Source: Octopus sinensis
Taxonomy: Eukaryota
Direction of reading: 5' to 3'
NCBI RefSeq assembly: GCF_006345805.1
Contig: NC_043003.1
Location: forward strand, 36,146,001 to 36,210,000
Length of the DNA stretch: 64,000 nt
Made by a program: the position numbers and the translations under genes. The notes beneath the pieces were generated by a model. The model ran no database searches and had not been told where the DNA came from. It worked only from the letters and a program-made list of their open reading frames with translations. Positions 13,724 through 27,864 of the stretch are shown piece by piece. Position 1 is the first letter of the stretch; each line of letters opens with the position of its first letter.

Positions 13724-14140
13724 TACGAGAGTTGTTCATTTAAGATTTCCATTGACCTACTCCCGGTTATTTCGGGAAACGGCCCTTGCAAAGGTATAAT
13801 TATACATGTCACAACATGTCACATTATAAACTGCAGTTTTCAAATAGTATTCGTTTGTCCTTTACGGCTCATCAAGTGGACTATAATGGAAGCAGTTGAA
13901 TGCAGATCAGTGATCAGGTTCTTATACTTGAAAGGTCGTACACTAAAAGAGACTTTCGATGAGATGACTGAAGTTTATGGTGGCGTTGCCCCAAAATACG
14001 TAGTAGACAAACACTGGCGTCGTCAGTTCAAATATGGTCGGACATCGGTTGAAACTGCTCCTATTCCCAGACGACCACGTGCTGCCATTGATGACGATAC
14101 CGTACATAAAGTGGAATCCACAATTTTGAACTGTACATAA
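13724..14140 (+). mobile_element. Mariner transposon 5' fragment (TIR remnant + N-terminal HTH)
   Basis: From ATG 13886: MEAVECRSVIRFLYLKGRTLKETFDEMTEVYG...HWRRQFKYGRTSVETAPIPRRP is a typical mariner N-terminus; TA-cgagagttgttca TIR-like start. Confidence 0.85.
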
Positions 14141-17100
14141 AAGGTAGAAGTAGTTGGGAAGCATATCAGTGACTAGGGTAACATAGTATTGACCAGCGCC
14201 GTTTATAGATTGTCTGTCCTGAAGCCAGATTCTTCTTCGGTCATTTTCTCGTTATTTTCTCTCACGCTTTTTTTTTTTTTTGGTGTATTCAATAATGTGC
14301 CGCTCGCTGTTCACAGTACAACCACATTCAATATAATTTTGTAGATAGTGTTAACTCCATAAATAATTGTTAGTCTTCTGTAGACGTCAGGTAGTCTGAA
14401 TCCTTTCTTGGCTGTGAAAACAATAAGGGCACATTGCTTCTGCATGGAACCCATTATTTACCTTGCAAAAAGCAAGAAACATTATTATTAGAAGAAACAT
14501 TACTCAACCAGCATGTGCAATTTAAAAGACCTATGTCAGTTTATATATGTTATTCTCAAATTTGAATTACCTTCTCTATAGCTTTCGTATACACATAAAT
14601 ACGTATGCGCGTTCATAAAAGCTTATATACAAGCACAAACACACACACATATATATATATAATTATATGTATGTATGAATGTATGTATATGCATTCATGT
14701 ATGCATATACGTGTGTATATTATGTTGAGTGTCCTATTAATGTATGCGCAAAGATATTGAAATCACGCATATATGCTTGTGTAATAATTTTAAAAATTTA
14801 TTTTATTGAGAAAATAGGGAATAATTAAAAATGACTCCATTACAGTTATTCGTAAAATTTTAATGCGATGAAATGGAAAAATATTTCCATAATTAAACAG
14901 AAGATTCCCTGGCGATGAAATGTTAAGCCTAAGGTAATTTTCATTATTATTTTACCTAAATGAATTTTTATTGGAACCCTAGCAATGTAATTAAACTCAT
15001 TTCAATTTCAAAACAGTACCTGAAGTTCTAAAAATATAATAGTTGAAAGCATAAATAAAACTGATATGAAATTTTTTTTTTAAATGTTTATATTCGATAT
15101 GTTTAAATTATTCAAAACTTTATAGAAGAATAGTGAAAGGCCGGAATACAGATTCCCTTAGAAATATCTTATTTCAAAATATGGTAATGAATTCCAAGAC
15201 ATCTTTAGAGTAGCAAACAGCAACTAAGTATATAACCTGTGGCAACTTCACGGTCTTCGAATGATGAACGTTGTTTCTCCTGTATATTAGTTCCGTTCAA
15301 GTAGATCGCCAAATCAATGAATGAGTTACAGTGTTAAACGGACTACGAAATATATAACGGTAAGTAGACTACATACTCCTGACATTTTCCTGTACCATTC
15401 TTTACCTCTCCCCACCTTTTTACATGTCCATGTCATTTATATGTACCACATGAAGAGTAACCATAACCAGCTGAAGAAAGCATTTTTAATAGAACGCCAC
15501 TAACTTGTTTATTTGGAACTGAATATCACTATTGATAATGAGTTGTTAAAAATATCGTATTGTAATTGGCTACTCTTCTTCAAATTCTTAGCAGCGATTC
15601 AGCGTGTCTTTCACTGGCCAACATATAAAAGAATAGGTAAGTATCATCACAATTTAAACTGATCAGTTTTCCTTTTCAGTTTTGTTCATCCTTTTGCACA
15701 CATTATTACTCAGGTCAAAATTTGCAGACAGTGGGGTTAGTTTAGTGTACGTTACATCACCATAAACACTTTGATCATCGCAGGTGCCTCTTAGTTCCGT
15801 GTAGTATCACCATGTTACCAGTTTCCGCATTCCACAGAATTATGCGACTACAGCTGGAAATGTATCGATTTTATTCCCTCCGATGTCATTTTAAGTAATG
15901 AATGAAAACTAAAGCACTTACATAACAGAGGGACTTTCTTTGCAGTAATTAGGATATCACTACCATCTGCGACAATGAAATGTCCATGGATTCATCACAG
16001 GAAACGTGTACAATTGGCTGGAGCAGTTCCGAATCGCAAATTACCTGCACGGTTGCATTCTCTATTCTTTCAATGGATAAGATGTGAAGACTTGATTAAG
16101 ACGAAAACTTCCAAAAAAGAATCAGTCTTACCAGAAGTGACAGCCATAATATAAGAATATATGTAAGTTTGTATTCTTCTAATTTCAATTATATTAAATC
16201 TTTGTCCAAAAAAGTGATTTAAACGTAAATAACAAAACAAATTCGCGTTCTAATCTTGAGAAAATTCTTTTCATACCTGTACTGTTGCGCTTATCGGTTC
16301 ATATATCTAATGCGCGTGTTAGCGACTTGATTTCTTTTTCTGAAAATCCCAGGTATTCCAGATTTTAACATAGGTATTTTACTCATATGTGAATTTATAA
16401 TCCGAATATAAAAGCTGAAGGTTTCGAAGCAGTTGTCTGAAGTTGTCTTCTTACAAAGAGATATTTCAAAGAGATATTTACAACAGCAAACCGTCTGGTC
16501 TCTATGACAGTACTTAATTTTTCTTATCTGTCTCAATCAACGATATCCAGACTTTCATGTTCGCACTTGGCAGATGTTTTGATGGGAATGATGATGTTTG
16601 TGTATGTATGTATTCAATAACAAGGTGAATTTCTGTATTCTTTGACAGGTATTATACTAGTACAAATATGCAGCGACAATGAGACAGAAGTAGAGAGAGA
16701 AACAGAGTAACAGGATGATGGTCTGTATATAATGGTAGATAGAAAAATAGATACAGATAATTAAAGTCGTGTTTCCATCATCATTAATAATGACGCAATT
16801 CTACCGTTCTGCAGCATGTATGTGGATAAACTAATATATTATAATACGTTAATACGTTTTTCTCTAATGACACTTTATGGCGCAGATGAAAGCTCAAACC
16901 AATCCGCTCTACTTATCTCAGTTACTGTTATATATCCACTCGTCCTATTAAACACAGACGTTGTGAAATCACTATGAATATGATCTCATATAATATAAAT
17001 AAATATGTCTAAAGTTTCCGGACAAACAAGTGAAAATAGTTATTTTTATTATTCATTCTCATGCTCATTATACATACACATATAAATGCAGATATACATA

Positions 17101-19069
17101 TAAAGCCTCAGATAGACATTCTTGTCTATTTCATTCAGAGATACACACAGACCAATAAATAGTCCAGAGGCTCACATCCCACTGCCTTATCTTCCATACT
17201 GTTATGGCCTGAGACACTCAAAGCTATTGGTTTTGTTACTCCTGCATTAAACAATACTTAAATCAACTGCATCCGTATATCTGGTTAATATTTATTTGTC
17301 TAAGACTCCAGACCATGCACTCACCGCTATACATTTCTCCCTAGAACGTTGCCCTCCAGCTGACCTTCCAGAAGATCAGTGCAGATCTCCTCACTTCCCT
17401 CCTACAAACAGTGAGTCAACTGCCTAAGTATCCGATTTGCACACACTTTCCATTACCTATAAATTTTCATCATCTTTTTAACGTAATGTGACAAGTGTTT
17501 TTTAAGAAGCAAGCTCACTGATTGTGACTCGTCCTTCCGCGCGAATCAGTTTCTCCACTCACTGATGACTCGCGGTTTCCGATGGTCCCACACTGCATGG
17601 CTTACCATCTCTAAATCTTATTTATCCGTCTGCACATATTCCTCTTCGAATGCTGTAATCTTTGTAAACAATATATAACCATTTGTGGATGTCGGAGGGC
17701 CTGCAACTCTCCTACATTAAGAAATCCCTGATGACATGATACCTTTGTTTGGAACCCTTTATTTGCCTGCGAAGAATAGGGAAACTTATCTACGACAAAA
17801 TATTTGCTTTATTAACATAGGTAATTTGACCGACTGATGTCAGTTTGTAAAAAAGTTATGCCAAAAGAAGTTATGCATTTCGTTCGGTAGAACACTTGTG
17901 TGTATGTGTGTGTGCGCGCGCAAGTTTGTTTGTTGTATATACACATATATACGCATGAATATATATATATATATGTGTGTCTGTGTGTATGTACGGATGT
18001 ATGTATGTGCACAGACACACATGCCCTTGTGTTTATGTGTGCGTGTGCATGTGTGTGTATAAATGTTTGCGCATTCATTGATTGTTAAAATACACATAAA
18101 AGGGGGAAATGGAATTCTATTGTCATAATGAAAGTAATGAATATTTGATGTATAGTTATCTAGTTAATTTAGATGATAACAGAAATTATTGATTAGAAGG
18201 GAGATCCTACTGTCACGAGCAGGTTAACTAGAATCTATTCACTATATTACAAATTTACTAGATAATAGCTAAAACTTTACCATTCTTAAATATTATTTTG
18301 TCTAAAATTTGTAGGATTCGCGCCTCCTTCAAGATGGCAACGGAAATAATTTAATGTATATTTTCTGATACTCATTGCTAGAATAATAAGAGTTTATGCC
18401 TTGAAGCGCATATGATGTCGTCAAAAGACATACAGGAAGCAATTGAAGTATGAAGAAAAAGATACGATGAGCGAAAAAATAAGAAAAAAATTCACATCGC
18501 AGAAAGAAAGAATGGGGAAGAGATATGAGAAATAGAAAGTCGGAAGTGTTTGTGAAAGAAATAATGAAAGAAGGATACAAGAGAAATGAATATAGTTGCC
18601 AAAACAACCTTGCCATATTTTACTAATCAAACGGAAAGGAAAAAAAAAATAGTAGCGCCTGGTAAAATAATCGACAGAAGTGGTATAATGCTGACATCAA
18701 ACAGACTCACTGGAGATTAACTTAGGAAAGTCATCTCACCACTGAAGAATGTAGTTCTTATTACTTTCTGTTCCCAACTAGAAGACTACCAGACATCGAG
18801 GCGTTGTTTTCTCAGAAATTGTATGAATTCTTCTCAAAGCTTATCTAATTTTTATCCATTACAGATGCGCCAAAGAGATAATCCATGAACATGATTTCAG
18901 TTGTCCCAAAACACCATCTGATATTTCTCTTGGGGATTTTTAATTCATTATTTCTAAAATTGACGTTAGTTCTACTTTGAGAAAGGGAAGCACTTGATTA
19001 TTCAAGCTTCATTCACTCTTAACAGCTATCCCCATAAATCTTTTCTTGTCTATATCTGTTTTTCTATCG

Positions 19070-19112
<43 letters not shown>

Positions 19113-19188
19113 TCTCTATCATTCTTTCTCTGTCTATGTCATCCTTTGTGCCTCTATTTCTTTACTTATTTTACTCTCTTAGTCTCAC

Positions 19189-19230
<42 letters not shown>

Positions 19231-19231
19231 C

Positions 19232-19308
<77 letters not shown>

Positions 19309-19375
19309 ACTAACTATATGTCTGTCTGCCTGCCTACCTGTCTGTCTGTATGTCTATCTAGCTCTCTATCTATCT
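19070..19375. repeat. (CT)n and (TCTA)n microsatellites
   Basis: Direct reading. Confidence 0.95.
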
Positions 19376-19847
19376 AAGTGTTCTCTACCTATCTCTCTTT
19401 TAAAAATGAATTTATCTGCTTCTCTAACCATTATTTACTTTTTCAAGCAATCGAAACATTTTTATATCCAATTCACTTTCCCTTTCTCTCACTATATTCT
19501 ACGTGCTTCGCAATTAGTATTTCTTTAAATACCTTTTCCAAAACAATCTCGTAGTCTCTTAAACGTAGTTCTTTAAGTCTTATCTTGATCAAACACCCCT
19601 TCACTCATTCAATAAATCTATGCAACTCCTGAATTCTAAAAGCTTCTTACACGTTCTTTCTCCTATGCTGTACGGTCTCTTAAATTATTTACTATTTTTC
19701 TAATATGCTTGTCTTCAAATTTAATCTTTACGAATATTATTATGCTTATTTTCTGCCAAAAGAATATTTAAAGACATTTCTAAACAATTCGCCTTTTCCG
19801 AAAGTAACTTGAACATAATTCTTCGAATTCAAACACACACGTTTCGC

Positions 19848-19990
<143 letters not shown>

Positions 19991-21277
19991 TTCTATCTTT
20001 CTTATATATTTTTCTTTCATTCTCATTGGATTCCTGTTATTTATCAGATATGTTTCATTATATATAGAAAGTTGGTTATACGTAATACAAAATGTTAACT
20101 ATTTTTTGCTTCACTTCATCTATAAATTCTTATCCTTTTTTATATCCCTTAGAATATATTTGGTGGTGGCGATGGTGGTGGTGGTGGTGGTGGTGGTGGT
20201 GGTGGTTGTGTAGTTTGTCTCCAGATTTATACTGATAGATCTTACATATGACCTAAAACGATGTAACGGAATTCAGTCTGATTTTCTTCTTCAGACACAG
20301 TGTACCTTGGAATACGTTAGTCATTGTGACCTTCCAATTTTTTTTAAAGATATACGTGACGTACAAGAAGATAGATTTAACCGTCACCTGTTACTAGGTT
20401 CGACGCTTGCTTCAGTAGATCATATATGCGGTTACCAACTGCCTAATCCATAACATTTTATCCATTGCCATATTCATCGGTTTTGTATTAAATATATTCC
20501 ATACCTAAAATATATTCCATGTCTAACTAAGGTGTATATGCAAGACTTAAACTGTTGATGACTCTCTTTGAAAGACAGCGATCTAATTAGAGAAGTCAGT
20601 AACTCAAATGTACAAAGCGACGAAAAGAACAATGAGGCTAGTAAAAGGACTGCTCTTGTAACTCAGTAACCTCTCTAGCTTTATCCTTTCAACGAATGAA
20701 TTTTTCAGCTATCTGGTTGGTGAAGTAAAGTATGTATATATGTATAAATGTCATAGTTCAGTTTTATTTCAAGATTTCTTAGGGAAAGGGCTGGTTTCTA
20801 ACTTAGATCCTAGGCTCCTTCAATGGAATTGCAACATCAACATGGTATTTTTGCATGTATGTATATGTGTTTTGTTTTATGTATGTATTCTCATGCATAT
20901 GGTTGCATATCTAGACATGCTCATATATATTTAAATGATAACTTCTGGAAAGTTTTACAGGTTTTTTACAGTTCAAATGATGGATTGGATCTATAGTCTT
21001 CGAATTAGCTTTCTTCTTTCTAGTTTTGAGAAGTCTAATTTCTCAAGATTGGTATTTAGGCAGCTTATGCATATCCCAGGGCCCCTATGATTACAGGTAT
21101 AAACATGAACAGGTAATCCAGATAGAATGACTGCAGATTTCTCAATAGTTCAGCGTTGGCATCTTCTTTTCCACTCTCTCCCGCTTTATGTTAACATCGG
21201 CTGGCCAGGTAATTTCCACAATCATACACAGTTTCTGTTCTCAAAAGAGAGCGTGTGTGTGTGTGTGTGTGTGTGTG

Positions 21278-21316
<39 letters not shown>

Positions 21317-22479
21317 TGCTCTCGCGCGCGCCATTAAAGGGATAGAATCACTTCTATGTTTTTTCTCGTTTTGTGTGGAAAATTCTTATCAGAAAGTGAA
21401 AATTGGAGAGACGATACATGTTTTCCATATGATTTTGATTTGTTAATAATGAATAGTCGAGTATGGTTTCATCTCGCCTTATTTTAAGCGCATCAGTACA
21501 GCACAACTCGAGGTTTTAAAGTTAGACTATTTAAAGTAATTTAAGAATTGAATTAAAAAAAGATGATCGATTTTATTTTTTAACAGTGAAGAAAAGAAAG
21601 AATGATTAAGAGGGATATACGGAGAGAAAAAAAAGAAACCTATTATGTGGTTCTTGAAAAATATTCTGCATGTAATTATTCTTCTTAATATTTTTTTGCG
21701 TCAGTGTAGTATTACCTTGCATTATGACTTTCTCTGTAGTCACATTTCTTTCTTTTCTTTACAGGTCAACCGTAGGTCCGCTTGGGTTCTTTGCGAGTAC
21801 AAAGAATGAATTTCTGTTTGTGTCCTCTTTTCGCTCTATCCGTCGAAATAATTTCGGACAAGTGTCCTTTCTGTCCCAACTAGCTATGGCGTCTCGCCAT
21901 CAATTTTAATGGAAATTATCTGAAGCCTAGCCAGTGACGCCCATCGAACCGCTCTGTTTGTTGTAATAAGATGTAGTATAATATGGTAAGTTTCTTATGA
22001 TATCATTTGGGAAGCATTTGCTTGATAACAATAAATACTCCAAGAAAATCAGATTATCAAAATAATTTTGAAAACCTTTGTTGAATGCCGTAGGAAAGAC
22101 GATTCCTGAAAACATTACATGAGTCCAGAAGCCATTGTTGGGTTCCCTCAAATAAGAATCTAGAAGATTACTATTATGTATAACAATGAATAGTCATGTG
22201 TGCGAAATGACCTGACAATAGCAGAATCATTGATTCACATTTTCGTTCATCTTTTGCAAAATAAAAAAAAAAAGATATTTTCGAAATTCTATGATCAAGG
22301 ACAAGAATGAAAATAATAAAAATAAGCAGGTAAATAGCAGATACCCGAAAATGCGATTGATAACTGATGTGGAAGTTACTCATATACACCAATACATGCA
22401 AAAAGAATATGTAATATTCTCTACCTGGCGAAAACTACTACATTACAAACTTTTACACTATTGTACTGAAGCGTTATTT

Positions 22480-22840
22480 CTATCTTTCACTTGTTACCTT
22501 CATCAGATTGCAACCATGCCGGAGTGGTGCCTCCAAGTGTTTAGTCAAACAAATCGACCTTGTACCTATTTCTGTAAGCCTTTTACTTATTCTATCAGTC
22601 TCGTTTTGCCAGAATGATAGAATACGGGGACATAAAGAACAACTTCTAACCAAGCAGCAAAAATCAACACACACACACATGTATGACGCACGTATTTCAG
22701 TTTACGCCTGCCAAATCCACTCACAAGGCTTTGGTTCACCTGGGACTATATTAGAAGACACTTGGGCAAGGTGCCGCACAGTGGAGCAGAACCCATTGAT
22801 TGGAAAGCAAGCATATTACCACACATACATGCCTACATTC
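22480..22840 (-). mobile_element. Decayed tRNA-derived SINE (family of 47749-48160)
   Basis: Shares ccaaatccactcacaaggc and gaagacacttg(g/c)(g/c)caag blocks with the 47749-48160 copy. Confidence 0.8.
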
Positions 22841-25772
22841 ATATCAGCTACATCTACTAAATTCTGATTTAGTTGTTTGAAATATAAAGCTAAACATGTG
22901 CGCTGTTGTGGAGTTCAGCTCTCTAGCACGCATGCTATTCAATATCTGAGAGGAAGCGAATCAGTGCTCCGTCATTGACAATTTTATTCTTACAGATTAT
23001 AAATATGCAACTGTATTGATAACTGTTTGGAATTTGGTTATGTTATAAAGTATTTCAGTTGGAGTCATCATGCAAAGAAAGGAAACGGTGGAGTCGTAAT
23101 CTTAATTCATGCAGTAAAAGGAACAGTGAAAATATGAAGATATCTGAAATTCATCCTACAGATATTTAACGTTGCTGTTTTTTGAATTGCAGCGAATAAA
23201 CTTGAATAATTTTTTATAAACCAGTTTATAGGAATGGTTTAAAGAATTTAAAATAAAAGATAACCATCACACGTGAACATGTTTGAATTTTGTGTAGTTC
23301 CTGAACAGATAATTGTGTGTTTTGTATTTCCATGGGTGTTGAGAGATATTATATCTCTTATAACATTCCTGCTGCTACAACAGGAATGAATATATCACAT
23401 AAATTTCATAGTATCCCATAATCAGTTTTGTAAAACATTAAGGCTTGTGTTGTCATCATAGCAATGCCAAGGTTCTTAGATCAGCACAAAAATTTTAACA
23501 TTGAGTTGTCATTTGTATCAATCATGTTATCCCAATAACAGGTCCCGCGTGTCTATAGCAGTAACTGCATTATGCTTTTTTCTACAATCACATTACTTCC
23601 ATGAATGACACCATGTAATTAAACGTAATTGTAGCAAATATCAAATATACAAATATAGAAATGCCACAAAAAGCATGTTAATGCTATCTGAGCAACATTT
23701 TATTGCTACAGCAACACTGTGTTTACTGAAACCAGAAACTTGATGGTTGGACATTTTATCAGTTAGTGATGGGTTATATTTATTATTTTTTTTAATGATC
23801 GAAAAAATGATCAAAGAATCGAAAATCATTTGAAGATCAGCATCAACTGGAACTCCTTCATCTTTGACACTTTAACTTTTTAATCCCCGTTCAGCAATAA
23901 AAAAAAAGTGTTCTATGATTATGTTCTGGTAATTTTTATTTATATATTTGTGTATTTTTATCTGTGTTTTAGTCTGATAAAAAAAATCCTTTTTTTATTG
24001 CACGTTATTTTTAACTGGTGATTCATTTTTTTTATATTTTCACTATTCCTCAGGAATCGATCTAACATCTTGCGTCTCAGCAGAAAGCAATTTTTTTCAA
24101 AGGAGACTAACTTTAGGATTAAACACGCCTGTTTAGAATTGATGAATGTGTATTTCTAGCGGTGTTCGTTGAATCTTGTAACTTTTTTAACCGGTGAGAT
24201 TTTCTTTCACATGTGGCCTCTGTTTCACGTGATAGTGTCTATAACTCACTGTCTCTATCCATTATGTTGCTCTATCTGGAAAGCATCCCATCTATCAATT
24301 TACACATTCATACTTCTGCATATCTGCACTCGTTCCTCATTCCATATATCTGTCCATAAACCTCTTTATTTATCGATCTTTTCCCTTCTTTTCTCTCTTT
24401 CATCGCACAAACATACACGCGCGCGTACACACACACACATGCACACACACACATTCACAAACACATATATAACTGAGGTGTATTTTCCTTGATTTGAAAC
24501 CACAATGATTGCATCGTGGAAGTCATCTTAACCGTTCATAAACGCTCAATGGCAACAACATTTAAATATTTCTTTGTCAAATGGTGTCAAAAGTTTCCTC
24601 TGCAAAACTCTGATATGATTTCTAAAATCGTTACACTGCTTAAGATACGCACACACCCCTTTACACAACCACGCACACACACACATACACACACACACAC
24701 TTATGCAGAGCATGCGTTGTCATTTATGACTGTTAACTTCATATGTTTACGATAAGCGTTTTCATTAAACGGAATAAAGTGTCAGATATTTGTGCGGGCA
24801 CATACTTCAATAAAGTCGTTGGTAGATTACCATCAGGTATCCGATTAGACGTCAATGAACATCGCTAAAATCGAAACAAATCTAGGAATATTAGCACTAT
24901 TTAACGTGCAAATAATATTGATCCACTATCTTATGACTCCACATACATTTTGTTTAAAATATATGCATTTATCACTGAGAACTACTACAAATTATTTCAC
25001 ACAACTACGAACCAAGAAAGGTATTTATAAATTCATGTCTTCCTTTTCAATCAAACCACTTAACTAAATTCGTTTTATATTCTCAAATTCTCGTCCGTCA
25101 ACTGATATATTTTAAACAGTTTACAGATATATTAAGTAGTCGATCAAATTAACTATTTATCTGCTATTTATTTTAAACTCTTTGAAAGATAATTACCTTA
25201 CTAAATATTTTACGAGCTATGTACCAACCTATTAAGACGTTTGTTTTCTTTAATACTTGTTTTCTTTGCTATCATTTCCCTTCACGATATGATTTCGTTG
25301 CTATCTCTATTTTACCACTATTTCTAAATACTAAATTATTAATCGCTAAACACTAACTAGGTAAATAATGTACATGTCATGTATAAATGAAAAATTGTAT
25401 ATTTCTCATCATGAAAAAATATGGTCATCAATTCCACGTGAATATAACGAGCCCACTTGGTAACGTGTAAACGTTCCTTCCACGTTTTAAAAATAGACGC
25501 AAAGTACATTTAAAATAATACATATGCTTTACAGCATGAAGATCGTTGTGGGTATTTTAGGCGAAGATTAACTATATCTGTGTAATACACGAGGTCGAGC
25601 ACGGAATTTTACTAAAACATTTCAAAAGTGGCTGGGGATCTTACATATAAAAGATGCCGGTCAAGCTATATATATGGGGAAGCATATGTACTCCCCGATT
25701 GCTTTCACATAAGTTTGAGATCTTATCTATCTCTTGACCTAACATGGTAAGCTGTTTGTGAGATTCTGTATA

Positions 25773-25824
<52 letters not shown>

Positions 25825-25826
<2 letters not shown>

Positions 25827-27286
25827 CAGAACCACGCTAATAGCTTAGGATTGAAATTTAGGATTTCTTAGTTAGTCTGTGAATCGATTTTGATATATCT
25901 TTCCCAGCTGGTTTGCACACTATGGCAACACAATTGTTATGTTTTCATTAATCTTTGTAACGTCCTTTCTTTCTTTATTTCAGCGTTTTCAGTTTTTGGG
26001 TGAACCACGCTAATCGGTTTTGATTGAAAATAAGCCTATCTAGACATTTTTTCAGAAAATGAAGGGTAATGATACATAGTAAGCATACGCTGAGTATAAA
26101 TTTAACAGAAACCCATAATAATATTATAAAAGTTATTGAGATAATGAATTATTAACTACATGAGCGCCATTTCAACGGATAAAGCTGCAGCTTTGATGGT
26201 TGCCCATAAAACATCTTTCGACGTAAATTGTCGTCCATCGGCATAAATATCTTGCTTAATGATGGCCCAAAGATTTTCGATGGGGATGAGATCCAGATAT
26301 GTTGGCGGCCACACCACCAACCTTTCACTTTATATGCCCTAAGACCTTAATAATGTTTTAGTGGTCCTAGTAGAGTGGGAGGGATCGTTGTCATGCATAA
26401 ATACGAAATTCCTTAGAAGTGACACCGGTATGTCATCTAGCCAGGAATCCAAGTCCTCTTCAGGAGATTGTAGCAGGCAGCTGCGGTCACTTTAACATCT
26501 TCAGGTACCCTGACTGGGCCAACAAGTCTGTCCCCAATAATCCCAGCCCACAACATGACTCATCCACCCTACTGTTGACGTCGTAAATGTTGGTGACGCT
26601 CATCTCCCAAACAGACCCAACCATTTGCCCAACCGTCACGCCCGTCAATGTTCGTCCTGGTTTCTTCAGTGAACATAACACTACTCATGTCTAGTGTCAT
26701 GTATTTTGGAGCTCATTGAAGCTTCAAACTACTGTGACGGGGCGTTAATGGAGGCAGTTTAGAAGGTTTCTCGCACGAAGCCATAGTCCTGAGGATTCGA
26801 TTTCTGGTGGTTTTGAAGAAGTCCAGTGTTGGTGAAAATGCCTTTGCTTGCCCAGGTTTCCCGCGTAACTTACGGTCAATACTCATTAAATCCCTAGCTG
26901 TCACAGTCTTGGAGATCCCAGAATCGGATCGTTTCTTCCTTGGCGAACGGTCCTTCAGGAATCGTCTAACCGTGTCCACATGACTACCTAACCTCTCTGC
27001 TATGACAGGAAGAGAGATACCTTGAGCACTTTACTTGATAATGACAGACTTTTCTTCATCGTTAAGGCCTTTTCCATGTCCCATTATTGTTAGAGAGGAG
27101 AAACGCTATTAGCATAATTCATCCAAAAACTGAAGAATCTTAGATAACAAAAAAAGGACGTTACACAGAATAATGAAAACACAACAGTGTTGCTTTCATA
27201 GTGTGAAAACCAGCAGGGGAAAGTTTTATCAAAAACCATTCTTAGAAAACGGAGAAGTCGTAAATTTTACTCCTAAGCTATTAGCG

Positions 27287-27293
<7 letters not shown>
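25825..27293 (-). mobile_element. Tc1/mariner DNA transposon, TRT-like (DD37E), with about 190-bp IR/DR-type TIRs, disabled
   Basis: Left TIR 25825-26016 and right TIR 27106-27293 are diverged inverted copies (outer 23 bp match 22/23). Each has inner and outer (a)cgctaat/attagc motifs. Left end abuts (TA)n. Confidence 0.9.
26160..27083 (-). pseudogene. DD37E transposase pseudogene
   Basis: MGHGK..NDEEKSVIIK*SAQGISLPVIAERLGSHVDTVRRFL...WAGIIGDRLVGPVRVP...FMHDNDPSH...WPPTYLDLIPIENLW; I count 37 codons between the second D and E; several stops and frameshifts. Confidence 0.88.
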
Positions 27294-27335
<42 letters not shown>

Positions 27336-27360
27336 ATATATATATATATATATATATATA

Positions 27361-27808
27361 GGTTAAGTAATTGAGATTCTAATGAATTCTAAAGAATTCA
27401 CATGAATATGGTCCTTAACTAGGATGCACCGGATATCTATATGGTGTTAACCATACGACAAGTGGGGTGATTACAAATAGGAAAAAAATGAATCGAACTT
27501 TCTTCAATGCAGTTAATCTTACAACCTCTTTTGTATCTACCCCTTTTGATGTTTGGGAATTCTCTGATATTTTTTCGGCTGACGAGTGCGAGCCATCTGT
27601 ATTCACTGCATTTTTTGTAGCTTATTAAAGATGTCCTCGTACGAAACGATCGTACCGAGATTTTAATCCATTCTTCTTGCTTTTTTTCCTATTTGTAATC
27701 ACCCCACTTGTCGTATGGTTAACACCATATAGATATCCGGTGCATCCTAGTTAAGGACCATATTCATGTGAATTCTTTAGAATTCATTAGAATCTCAATT
27801 ACTTAACC
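27361..27808. repeat. Perfect 128-bp inverted repeat (27361-27488 / 27681-27808) around a 192-bp hammerhead-containing spacer
   Basis: Base-by-base reverse-complement comparison by eye. Confidence 0.95.
27575..27658 (+). ncRNA. Type I hammerhead ribozyme (5' pLTR)
   Basis: UCGG-CUGACGA-GUGCGAG..CUCGUAC-GAAA-C-GAUC-G-UA/CCGA: full core, 7-bp stem II, palindromic minimal stem III; predicted cleavage after 27654. Confidence 0.88.
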
Positions 27809-27864
27809 GAATATATTCCCATACTATCTGTATGTTTTTTCCGGTCCTTAACTTTTCAGCAAGA

